Positions 1-7,190 of a stretch of DNA of 64,000 bases are shown here, in pieces (the first letter of the stretch is position 1; each line of letters starts with the position of its first letter). This stretch comes from Elusimicrobiota bacterium (lineage in GTDB: Bacteria > Elusimicrobiota > Elusimicrobia > Elusimicrobiales > UBA9959). The stretch lies in NCBI GenBank assembly GCA_003450815.1, contig DMES01000002.1, positions 5,591 through 69,590 of the forward strand, given 5' to 3'. The notes under the pieces are model-generated. The model was not told the origin of the DNA. It ran no database searches and was given only the letters and a program-made list of their open reading frames with translations. The position numbers and the translations under genes are program-made.

Positions 1-1
1 T

Positions 2-526
2 GCAGCTTCGTACGAAGATGTTGATATATACGGCCTTACTCTGGAACTTAAGGACTTCAGGGTTTTCTCGGCGGCCCCGGTTCTTTCGGAGCAGGATGCC
101 GGGTCCGCTGATGAAGTTGCGGCTGTTAAGCCGCGCTTCCGCCGCAAGGGCGTGCCGGAGCTTGATAATTCAGATCTTGTGGTTGCCGGCGTCGGGGCCA
201 TAAAAGTAGTTTTGGCCCAGGTAAACACTAAAGATGTGGAGCGCTTTCTTGCGAAACGCCTACAATTCCTGGGCAGGCCTAAGGTGACGCTTACGCCAAC
301 GATACTGCGGTATTCGGATCTTCACCGTAAGATCAATGCTGAGTTCTCTCTTGAGGTGAAAAGAAATTCTCTTTTCACTCTGAAACTGGATTCTTTCGAG
401 TGGGCGGGATATCATGTCCCTAAATTTGTTGCGCGTAACTTGGCCTTTAACTACGATTTCGCGTTAAGCCCTTACATGCTGAGTTTTGACACGATCAATA
501 TGCCGTTGACAGGCCGCTTTTATTAA
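2..526 (+). CDS. 3' part of a gene that starts upstream of the window; possible outer-membrane beta-barrel C-terminus
   Basis: Frame is open from base 2 to TAA 524-526 (the track shows only the GTG-initiated 152..526 piece). It ends ...MPLTGRFY with a terminal aromatic residue, as in many OMPs. No family recognised. Confidence 0.35.
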   Translation, partial: AASYEDVDIYGLTLELKDFRVFSAAPVLSEQDAGSADEVAAVKPRFRRKGVPELDNSDLVVAGVGAIKVVLAQVNTKDVERFLAKRLQFLGRPKVTLTPTILRYSDLHRKINAEFSLEVKRNSLFTLKLDSFEWAGYHVPKFVARNLAFNYDFALSPYMLSFDTINMPLTGRFY

Positions 527-549
527 AAAATTTTGCGGCAAAATTTTTT
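525..549 (+). terminator. A/T-rich palindrome directly after the stop codon (weak terminator candidate)
   Basis: aaaaaattttgcggcaaaatttttt: aaaattttgc and gcaaaatttt are reverse complements, followed by a T run. Confidence 0.3.
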
Positions 550-560
550 ACCATGGAATA

Positions 561-1391
561 ATGGAAAAAGACTATAATTTTCTTCTTTTATGCGCAAGCA
601 CTATAGTGTTTGGCGGTTGCGTGCCGCTTGACGAGGCTTCGCTGCCCAAAGCCCAGGCTTCGCGGGCCATGCAAGCGCCTTATAAGGAGCTTTATCCCGG
701 CTATAAAAGCAATGAGAGCCTGCATTTTGTGGTTAAAGCGTATTCTTCCGAAACAACGCAGCGCTACAGTTCCTTGTGTGAAGAAGACTACCAGCGAATC
801 ATGGTCGATCTGGGCATTTACTCCTTTGTGCCTTCAAAGCCTTATAATATCGTCATCTACGGCGATGCGGCTGAATATCATCTTAAAACTTCGCAGCCGG
901 CCTGGTCGGGGGGGATAACATACGGCAATGCCATACTTATTTACGACTTCGAAGGTTCTCCCGGCATTCTGGCCCATGAAATGACGCATCTGGTATTTAA
1001 CGAGTTTATGGGGCTTTCCGCTCCCGAGAGTCTGCGCTGGCTTAATGAAGGTATCGCAGTCTACGAGCAGATGCGCGCCGACTATCCTTCCAAAGCCAGT
1101 TATGAGGGCAAAATAGCGAGTGATATTTCATTGAATCCTATCCCGTTTTCACAGATGATGAACCTGGTACCCCGCGGCGAGAATGATGCCATGGTTGAGC
1201 GCTGGTATGCACAGGCCGGCTCAGTGGCGTCTTTCATGTTAAGGCAGGGCGGCTCGCTCAATTTTTCTTATTTTTTAGGCCGCCTGAAAGACGGACAGGG
1301 GCTGGATGAAGCCGCTGCTGCCTCTTTCGGCGGACTGTGGAAGGATATGAAGGATGTAGAGCGGACCTGGCTATTGGAAATAAAGCGTTAA
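561..1391 (+). CDS. Predicted lipoprotein zinc metallopeptidase (HExxH, MA-clan like)
   Basis: N-terminal hydrophobic signal ending ...IVFGGC (lipobox-like Cys). HEMTH motif (GILAHEMTHLVFNEF) with downstream NEGIAVYE as a possible third ligand. Confidence 0.55.
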   Translation: MEKDYNFLLLCASTIVFGGCVPLDEASLPKAQASRAMQAPYKELYPGYKSNESLHFVVKAYSSETTQRYSSLCEEDYQRIMVDLGIYSFVPSKPYNIVIYGDAAEYHLKTSQPAWSGGITYGNAILIYDFEGSPGILAHEMTHLVFNEFMGLSAPESLRWLNEGIAVYEQMRADYPSKASYEGKIASDISLNPIPFSQMMNLVPRGENDAMVERWYAQAGSVASFMLRQGGSLNFSYFLGRLKDGQGLDEAAAASFGGLWKDMKDVERTWLLEIKR

Positions 1392-1393
1392 TT

Positions 1394-3589
1394 ATGAATT
1401 CCGATGATCCAAAAATAAAGAAAGCCGTGGTTCCCCTTGAAGGCGTGCATTGCGCCTCCTGTGTGGCGCGCATTGAAAAGAGCCTGGGCAATACCCGCGG
1501 TATAGACCGCGTTTCAGTGCACCTTCCTTCAAAAACAGCTTTCCTTTTTTATGACCCCGCTTTGATCACCCCGCTTCAGATAGAGGGGAAAATTGAAGAA
1601 CTCGGCTACAAGGCACTGGCTTTTTCAGAGTCAACGCTGAAGTCGGAAAGCGTGGCGGTGGAATCGCTCCTGCGCGAAAAAGACATGTTCCGCAACCGTT
1701 TCTGGCTTGCGGCCGGCGGAGCCTTGTTTTTGTTTTCAGGCGGTTTTTTTGATCTTTCCCCTTATACCGGCATGCCGGTTGCGGCTGTAGTCTGGCTTTG
1801 GGGAGGCCGGCATTTCCACCAGGGGATGTTTAAGTCTTTAAAGGCCAGAACAGCCAATATGGATACACTGGTTTCCATGAGTACCAGCGTTACTTTTTTT
1901 TACGGGGTGTTTGTCACTCTTTTCCCATCGGTCATCCCGGTTTCATATCACGCCCAGTGGCATGAAGTGGCTATGCTCATAGCTTTCATCAATCTGGGCC
2001 GCTGGCTTGAGGCCCGCTCAAAAAACAAGGCGGGAGAGGCGGTTTCGCGCCTTTTTTCAATTGTGCCCAAGTTCGCCCGCCGTCTTCGGGCGGGCGCCGA
2101 GGAAACCGTGCCGGTTTCAGATATAGTGCCCGGCGATATTGTCAGTCTGCGCCCCGGAGAGCAGGTTCCGGTGGACGGTGTGGTAAAGCGCGGCGCCTCG
2201 GCCCTTGATGAAAGCCTGCTCACCGGCGAGGTACTGCCGGTGGATAAGTTGCCCGGCTCAAAACTTTACGCCGGCACCATAAATAAAAACGGGGCTTTGG
2301 AATTTAAGGCCACCGGTGTCGGAGAGGATATGGTGCTGACAAAAATTATAAAAGCTGTGGCTGAGTCCCAGGCGGCAAAAAGTTCAATACAGCACCTAGT
2401 GGATAAAATTTCGGCCTGGTTCGTGCCGGCTGTTTTTTTTATAGCGGCTTTTTCAGCCGCCGTATGGCTGCGTTACGGAGAACCCTCCCAGGCGGTAAAT
2501 GTCTTTGCCGCGGTACTCGCGGTGGCCTGCCCCTGCGCAATGGGGCTTGCGGTTCCCATGGCGATAGTGGTAGGTTTCGGACGCGCGGCAGCTTCAGGTA
2601 TTCTTATAAGGAACCCTGATGTGCTTGAGCACGCGGCAAAAATTGACGCGGTTTTATTCGACAAGACGGGCACTTTGACCTCGGGGCTGCTTCGGGTAAT
2701 AAATGTAAAACCTAACGATATATCCGAAGGTTCATTCGTAGAATTGCTAGCGTCAGTGGAGGAAAAATCGGAACATCCGCTGGCGCACGCGGTGCGGCAA
2801 TTCGCCGCTGAGCGCGGCATAAAACCGGAGACGCCCGCATCCTTTGAGGCGCTACCCGGGAAAGGCGTAAGGGTTAAGTTGTCGGCGGGCTTGGCGCTTG
2901 CGGGATCCGCCAAGTGGCTTGCGTATAAAGGCGTGTCTATACCGGAGTCCGCGCTTGCCGCGCTTGATGGAACAGAAGGTTCCGCCCTGTTCTTGGCGTT
3001 AAACGGCCAGTTTAAGGGATATGCCGAGTTTGGCGACGCTTTACGACCGGAGGCCCCGGCCGTGCTTCGCGCGCTGAGCGATATGGGAATTGAACCGGTG
3101 CTGGTTTCCGGCGACCGCCAAAAAGCGGTAATGGCTGTGGCGCAAAAGCTTTCCATAAAAACCTTTTACTCTGAAATATTCCCTGAGGAAAAACGGCGGA
3201 TCTTGCTGCGCTACAAGGCCCTTGGCAGAAAGACGGCCATGGTCGGCGACGGATTTAACGACGCCGCGGCTCTTTCCGAGGCCGACATAGGAGTGGCCAT
3301 GCGTTCAGGCGCCGATATCGCCGTGCGTGCGAGCGATATAACCCTTATGAATAACGACCTTTCTTCCCTGGTGGAAGCGGTCAAGCTTTCGAGGGCCATT
3401 AAAAAAGTGATCAACCAGAATCTTTTCTGGGCTTTCGCGTACAATACCGTGCTTATCCCGCTTGCGGCCGGGGCGCTGTATCCTTCTTTGGGCTTTACCA
3501 TCCCGCCCTACTTTGCCGGCGGAGCCATGGCTTTAAGTTCGGTTTCTGTGGTAATTAATTCTCTCAGACTGAGAAAAATGAGAATATGA
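1394..3589 (+). CDS. copA: Copper-translocating P-type ATPase
   Basis: HMA domain GVHCASCVARIE, CPC motif (ACPCAMGLA), DKTGTLT phosphorylation site and GDGFNDAAAL hinge. ATG 1394 (MNSDDPK...) is preferred over the track start 1337, which overlaps the upstream gene. Confidence 0.9.
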   Translation: MNSDDPKIKKAVVPLEGVHCASCVARIEKSLGNTRGIDRVSVHLPSKTAFLFYDPALITPLQIEGKIEELGYKALAFSESTLKSESVAVESLLREKDMFRNRFWLAAGGALFLFSGGFFDLSPYTGMPVAAVVWLWGGRHFHQGMFKSLKARTANMDTLVSMSTSVTFFYGVFVTLFPSVIPVSYHAQWHEVAMLIAFINLGRWLEARSKNKAGEAVSRLFSIVPKFARRLRAGAEETVPVSDIVPGDIVSLRPGEQVPVDGVVKRGASALDESLLTGEVLPVDKLPGSKLYAGTINKNGALEFKATGVGEDMVLTKIIKAVAESQAAKSSIQHLVDKISAWFVPAVFFIAAFSAAVWLRYGEPSQAVNVFAAVLAVACPCAMGLAVPMAIVVGFGRAAASGILIRNPDVLEHAAKIDAVLFDKTGTLTSGLLRVINVKPNDISEGSFVELLASVEEKSEHPLAHAVRQFAAERGIKPETPASFEALPGKGVRVKLSAGLALAGSAKWLAYKGVSIPESALAALDGTEGSALFLALNGQFKGYAEFGDALRPEAPAVLRALSDMGIEPVLVSGDRQKAVMAVAQKLSIKTFYSEIFPEEKRRILLRYKALGRKTAMVGDGFNDAAALSEADIGVAMRSGADIAVRASDITLMNNDLSSLVEAVKLSRAIKKVINQNLFWAFAYNTVLIPLAAGALYPSLGFTIPPYFAGGAMALSSVSVVINSLRLRKMRI

Positions 3590-3649
3590 TTACACGGATT
3601 TAATACGGCGATTACACAGATTGTATCTTGATCCCAGAAACAAAAGTTG
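3588..3649. repeat. Left copy of GATTACAC-rich inverted repeat
   Basis: 3588-3632 is the reverse complement of 4664-4708 with 3 mismatches in 45 nt. Looser complementarity continues to 3649/4647. It starts on the copA stop codon. Confidence 0.85.
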
Positions 3650-3663
3650 GCGAAGGAGTATAT

Positions 3664-4074
3664 ATGAAAACAAAGTTCGGCTATACTTCGGGCCAGGCCC
3701 GCAGCGTGGGGAAAATAACACTGCCGAGTATTGAGGCCTGGGAAAACCAGTACAGACGGGATTACACTATAAAGATAGTCCACCCGGAATTTACCTCCGT
3801 CTGCCCGAAAACAGGTTTGCCTGATTTCGGCACGATTACTGTTGAATATATCCCGGGGAAAATGGTGCTGGAACTTAAGTCGCTTAAGTATTATTTCCTG
3901 CAATACCGAAATATCGGTATTTTTATGGAAAATATAGCGAACCGTGTTCTTGACGATGTGGTGCGGGCTATAAAGCCAAAAAGCTGTACGGTAACCGGAG
4001 AGTTCACCCCCAGAGGCGGCTTACGCTCAGTAATAACCGCACAATACAAGAGAAAACCCCAAAAAATCAGATAA
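3664..4074 (+). CDS. queF: NADPH-dependent 7-cyano-7-deazaguanine (preQ0) reductase, unimodular type
   Basis: PEFTSVCPKTGLPDFGTITVEY and the QueF motif ELKSLKYYF. ATG 3664 is preceded by a GAAGGAG RBS. Confidence 0.85.
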   Translation: MKTKFGYTSGQARSVGKITLPSIEAWENQYRRDYTIKIVHPEFTSVCPKTGLPDFGTITVEYIPGKMVLELKSLKYYFLQYRNIGIFMENIANRVLDDVVRAIKPKSCTVTGEFTPRGGLRSVITAQYKRKPQKIR

Positions 4075-4096
4075 AATGTTGCTTCAACATTTTATT
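4073..4096 (+). terminator. Hairpin overlapping the queF stop
   Basis: aaaatgttg-ctt-caacatttt is a perfect 9-bp stem followed by a T-rich tail. Confidence 0.5.
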
Positions 4097-4119
4097 AGGA
4101 TTTGCGAAAAGAATGCGGG

Positions 4120-4148
4120 TTGCCGTCCTAAAAAATATATTATAAAAT
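4120..4148 (+). promoter_or_regulatory. Sigma70-like promoter candidate (TTGCCG-17-TAAAAT)
   Basis: TTGCCG at 4120-4125, a 17-nt spacer and TAAAAT at 4143-4148. It would drive the non-coding region and tRNA-Val downstream. Confidence 0.4.
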
Positions 4149-4170
4149 CACAGTAAGAGATATCGCTCTT

Positions 4171-4194
4171 CTGTGCAGTGCGGGCGGGGTGCGA
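4171..4194 (+). repeat. 24-nt perfect direct repeat, copy 1
   Basis: ctgtgcagtgcgggcggggtgcga is identical to 4367-4390. Both copies are followed by ..aggccc and a CCC...GGG-closed hairpin. Confidence 0.9.
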
Positions 4195-4366
4195 TAGGCC
4201 CGTGCGAATACCTTCGTTAGAGAGCACGGGTTCCTTTTAGGAGAGGTTCAGTGAGCGTTTCCGGCTTAATGCCGGAATAGCGAACGACGAAGGGGAGCTT
4301 AGCTCCCCTCGTGGAGCACCGGGCCGCGATACCTTTTAAGGCCCGGCGGTTAATCCGCCCCGAACG

Positions 4367-4390
4367 CTGTGCAGTGCGGGCGGGGTGCGA
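4367..4390 (+). repeat. 24-nt perfect direct repeat, copy 2
   Basis: Identical to 4171-4194. Confidence 0.9.
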
Positions 4391-4395
4391 CAGAG

Positions 4396-4445
4396 GCCCA
4401 GTTGGCGCAGCGGGTAGTGCCCTGGGAAAGTATGACACAGTCGGC
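4396..4445 (+). pseudogene. tRNA-Val-derived remnant (5' acceptor and D arm only)
   Basis: gcccagttggcgcagcgggtagtgc (4396-4420) matches the first 24 nt of the intact tRNA at 4480 with one indel and one mismatch. The tgggaaag that follows matches the 3' anticodon stem. No anticodon loop or T arm can be formed. Confidence 0.5.
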
Positions 4446-4479
4446 ATAGCTATTTTCCGGAGCCCGCAAAGCGGTTTTT

Positions 4480-4554
4480 GCCCAGTTGGCGCAGCGGTAG
4501 CGCGTTCCCTTGACATGGGAAAGGTCACAGGTTCGATCCCTGTACTGGGCACCA
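4480..4554 (+). tRNA. tRNA-Val (anticodon GAC), CCA encoded
   Basis: Manual cloverleaf: acceptor GCCCAGT/ACTGGGC, D arm GCGC-AGCGGTA-GCGC, anticodon arm TTCCC-TTGACAT-GGGAA, variable AGGTC, T arm ACAGG-TTCGATC-CCTGT, then A-CCA. Confidence 0.9.
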
Positions 4555-4560
4555 TTTTTA

Positions 4561-4586
4561 GTTCCTGCTCTAACAGCAGCAGGAAC
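4561..4586 (+). other. Perfect 9-bp hairpin after the tRNA (processing or terminator element)
   Basis: gttcctgct-ctaacagc-agcaggaac. No clear T run follows. Confidence 0.4.
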
Positions 4587-4589
4587 AAT

Positions 4590-4633
4590 GATTACACAGA
4601 TTACCGGGGAAGATTACACAGGTTAAGATGTAG
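4590..4633. repeat. Degenerate direct copy of the GATTACAC repeat
   Basis: gattacacagattaccggggaagattacacaggttaagatgtag has the same two GATTACAC words 22-23 nt apart as 3588-3632. It faces the inverted copy at 4647-4708. Confidence 0.6.
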
Positions 4634-4646
4634 TAGTTTGGTTTTA

Positions 4647-4708
4647 CAGCTTTTGTTTCAGAAATCAAGATGCAATCTGTGTAATCGTCGTGTTAAATCC
4701 GTGTAATC
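4647..4708. repeat. Right (inverted) copy of the GATTACAC-rich repeat
   Basis: See 3588-3649. It ends 11 nt before the thrS ATG. Confidence 0.85.
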
Positions 4709-4719
4709 ATAATTCTTTT

Positions 4720-6489
4720 ATGGTAGAAGAAAAACCTGAAAATTATGTTGAAAAAATGCGCCATTCGCTGTCGCATGTCATGGCGGAGGCAGTGGTGGAG
4801 CTTTTCCCCGACACGAAACTGGGTATCGGGCCGGCCATAGAGAACGGTTTTTATTACGATTTTGACACCCCTCATCATTTCGTCCCCGATGATTTGCCCG
4901 CCATAGAAAAGAAAATGCGCCATATTATAGCCCAGGCGCAGAAATTTGAGCGGTCAGAAATGCCGAAGGAAGAAGCGCTAAAGTATTTCAGCGGTCGGGG
5001 TGAAAAGTACAAAGTGGAACTGGTCAGCGACCTGACCGACGGCACTATCAGCATTTATAAAAACGGGCCTTTTTCGGACCTGTGCAAGGGACCGCATGTA
5101 GAGCATACCGGCAAGATCAAGGCCTTTAAGCTTATGTCTATCGCCGGCGCTTACTGGCGCGGCAACGAAGCGAACCCGATGCTTCAGCGCATATACGGCG
5201 TGGCCTTTGAAACTCCGACGGAACTTGACGCCTATATTAAAATGCAGGAGGAGGCGGCAAAGCGCGACCATCGTAAGCTTGGCAAGCAGCAGGAGATTTT
5301 TGTCTTTGACGATGATGTCGGCCCCGGGCTTCCTCTTTGGCTGCCCAACGGCGCTGTGATAATAGAGGAGCTTGAGCGGCTGGCCAAGGAAACCGAGGCC
5401 GCCAGCGGCTATCAACGCGTAAAAACGCCGCATATCTGCAAAGAGACTTTGTACCGAAAAAGCGGCCACCTGCCGTATTATGCGGAAAGCATGTTCCCCG
5501 CGATGGATATTGACGGGCAGAAATATTACCTGAAGCCGATGAACTGCCCGCACCACCACAAGATATACGGCGCCAAGCCCCGCAGCTACCGCGACCTGCC
5601 CGTGCGCCTGGCCGAGTACGGCACCTGCTACCGCTACGAACAGTCCGGAGAGCTTTTTGGCTTGATGCGCGTGCGCTCGATGCAGATGAACGACGCTCAC
5701 ATCTATTGCACACCGGAGCAGTTTCAGGAGGAGTTCCTGGCGGTCTGCCGCATGTATCTTGGCTACTTTAAGATCTTCGGCATAGAAAAGTATGTTATGC
5801 GTTTCAGCACGCATTCAGACGAAGGGTTGGGCAAGAAATATGTGGATAACAAAGAGATGTGGCAGTCCACGGAAAAAATGGTCCATGAGGCCTTGGTTAA
5901 CGGAGGGTTGCCGTTCAAGGAAATCCCCAACGAGGCCGCATTTTACGGCCCGAAGATAGATGTCCAGATCTGGAGCGCCATAGGCAAAGAGTTCTCTTTG
6001 GCAACCAACCAGGTGGACTTTGCCGTGCCGGGCCGCTTCGGCCTGGTGTATAAAGACAAGGACGGTACTGAAAAGACTCCGCTGTGCATACATCGCGCGC
6101 CGCTGGGCACACATGAGCGCTTTGTGGGATTTCTTCTGGAGCATTTCGCCGGCCACTTCCCCTTGTGGCTTGCTCCCACGCAGGTGAAAATTTTAACCAT
6201 TACTTCAAACGAAGAGGATTATGTCCGCGGGATTTCAGATAAACTGAAAGCTGAGGGCTTCAGGGTTTCGCTTGACCTTGGCGCCGATACCATCGGCTCC
6301 AAAGTGCGCCTTGCTGCCATAGAAAAACCTGCCTGCACGCTGATAGCCGGCAAGAAGGAGAAGGCGGAAGGCACCATCGCCCTGCGGCTTAAAGGCGGCA
6401 AAAACCTTTACGGCCTTAAGCCGGATGAGGTTATAGCTAATCTCAAAAAAGAAAGGGACAGCCGCGCGCTCGTCAGCGTGTATATTTAG
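4720..6489 (+). CDS. thrS: Threonine--tRNA ligase, short form without the N-terminal TGS domain
   Basis: Editing-domain HSLSHVMAEAV motif, RDHRKLGK, class II catalytic core (NCPHHHKIY, FGLMRVRSMQMNDAHIY) and an anticodon-binding C-terminus. ATG 4720 (MVEEKPEN) is chosen because the track start 4690 lies inside the repeat. Confidence 0.9.
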   Translation: MVEEKPENYVEKMRHSLSHVMAEAVVELFPDTKLGIGPAIENGFYYDFDTPHHFVPDDLPAIEKKMRHIIAQAQKFERSEMPKEEALKYFSGRGEKYKVELVSDLTDGTISIYKNGPFSDLCKGPHVEHTGKIKAFKLMSIAGAYWRGNEANPMLQRIYGVAFETPTELDAYIKMQEEAAKRDHRKLGKQQEIFVFDDDVGPGLPLWLPNGAVIIEELERLAKETEAASGYQRVKTPHICKETLYRKSGHLPYYAESMFPAMDIDGQKYYLKPMNCPHHHKIYGAKPRSYRDLPVRLAEYGTCYRYEQSGELFGLMRVRSMQMNDAHIYCTPEQFQEEFLAVCRMYLGYFKIFGIEKYVMRFSTHSDEGLGKKYVDNKEMWQSTEKMVHEALVNGGLPFKEIPNEAAFYGPKIDVQIWSAIGKEFSLATNQVDFAVPGRFGLVYKDKDGTEKTPLCIHRAPLGTHERFVGFLLEHFAGHFPLWLAPTQVKILTITSNEEDYVRGISDKLKAEGFRVSLDLGADTIGSKVRLAAIEKPACTLIAGKKEKAEGTIALRLKGGKNLYGLKPDEVIANLKKERDSRALVSVYI

Positions 6490-6514
6490 ATAACCTGGGG
6501 GATGGTAATATAGC

Positions 6515-7093
6515 ATGCGCTTTAAATTCACAAAGCTGAAACTTAGAGGACTCGTTCTTGTGGAACCGGAAGTAGGCAGCGATGCGCGGGGCACATTTTC
6601 AGAAATATATAAAAGCTCCGTATTCAGCAAAGCCGGCATTAAAGAAACTTTTGTGCAGGATAACCGTTCCGTTTCACAAAAAGGCGTGTTGCGCGGCCTG
6701 CACTATCAGCGCCGACCGTTTGCGCAGGCAAAACTGGTGAGCTGCGGCAGGGGGCGTGTTTTAGATGTGGCCGTGGATTTGCGTCGTGGGTCAAAAACAT
6801 TCAAAAAGTGGTTCGGTGTGGAGCTTTCGGGCGAAAATCGCCTTTCGCTTTTTATCCCGGCGGGTTTTGCCCATGGTTTTCTGGCGCTTGAGGATGGTTC
6901 CGAACTCACTTATAAATGTTCAAAAGAGTACGCCCCCGCATATGATGCGGGCATAAGGTGGGATGACCCCGCGGTAGGGGTAAAATGGCCGGTTAAAAAA
7001 CCGCGGCTCTCCGAAAAAGACAGCAATTTGCCGGTTTTATCCGCCGTAAAATCCCGGCGGATTCGTCAAAAAGTATGGCGGAAAGAGCGCTAA
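6515..7093 (+). CDS. rfbC: dTDP-4-dehydrorhamnose 3,5-epimerase
   Basis: RmlC cupin motifs RGLHYQ, GRVLDVAVDLRRGSKTF and FIPAGFAHGF. Confidence 0.85.
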   Translation: MRFKFTKLKLRGLVLVEPEVGSDARGTFSEIYKSSVFSKAGIKETFVQDNRSVSQKGVLRGLHYQRRPFAQAKLVSCGRGRVLDVAVDLRRGSKTFKKWFGVELSGENRLSLFIPAGFAHGFLALEDGSELTYKCSKEYAPAYDAGIRWDDPAVGVKWPVKKPRLSEKDSNLPVLSAVKSRRIRQKVWRKER

Positions 7094-7172
7094 CCTGTGA
7101 GGTTAAGGTGAATGGCTAGAGGTATATCGGCTTCCTAAAAGCCTAACTGCCTACAAGCCTGGCCACCTGAAA
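7094..7172. repeat. Short-period (8-nt unit) two-armed repeat between rfbC and rfbB
   Basis: The right arm reads cctaaaag cctaactg cctacaag cctggcca cctgaaaa. The left arm carries the complementary ..agg-type units (gaggttaa ggtgaatg gctagagg). Confidence 0.6.
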
Positions 7173-7190
7173 AATCAGGAGTGTTTCATA

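Larger units (their letters stand above)
4150..4479 (+). ncRNA. Unassigned hairpin-rich non-coding region upstream of tRNA-Val (candidate structured RNA)
   Basis: No credible ORF. There is a series of strong local hairpins: cacagtaagag/ctcttctgtg, cccgtgc/gcacggg, tccgg/ccgga, aggggagc/gctcccct, gggcc/ggccc and ggcgg/ccgcc. It ends ccgcaaagcggttttt. I recognised no Rfam family by eye. Confidence 0.3.

Noticed and set aside
1337-1393. Upstream extensions of track ORFs: copA from 1337, queF from 3628, thrS from 4690, gmd from 9903, rfbF from 12054, rfbG from 12803, ligase from 60279, gtrA from 33287, and others.
   Set aside because: The extensions overlap the preceding gene or run through repeat elements, and they lack RBS support. 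Internal ATGs with RBS or ATGA coupling fit the conserved N-termini.
3589-3663. preQ1 riboswitch upstream of queF.
   Set aside because: I could not find the compact P1 hairpin plus A-rich tail with the conserved CUA/ACCC features. The segment is instead one copy of an inverted repeat that recurs next to thrS.
4150-4479. tmRNA, RNase P RNA, SRP RNA, a T-box leader for thrS, or a cobalamin or ykkC riboswitch.
   Set aside because: The diagnostic elements are all missing. These are GAGGAAAGUCC (RNase P), a tRNA-like 3' end with a plausible ...LAA tag ORF (tmRNA), GGAAGCAGC helix 8 (SRP), the T-box 14-mer with a Thr specifier, and the B12 box or GGUCCGAGAG core. The gcgaacgacgaa stretch resembles a tmRNA tag start, but the reading frame ends ...RDTF. 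The region is left unassigned.
4217-4706. ORFs 4217..4588 (-) and 4311..4706 (+) across the tRNA region.
   Set aside because: They read through the tRNA-Val gene, its remnant, the hairpin-rich region and the inverted repeats. For example, the VPSTGIEPVT peptide is a translated T arm. They are not coding.
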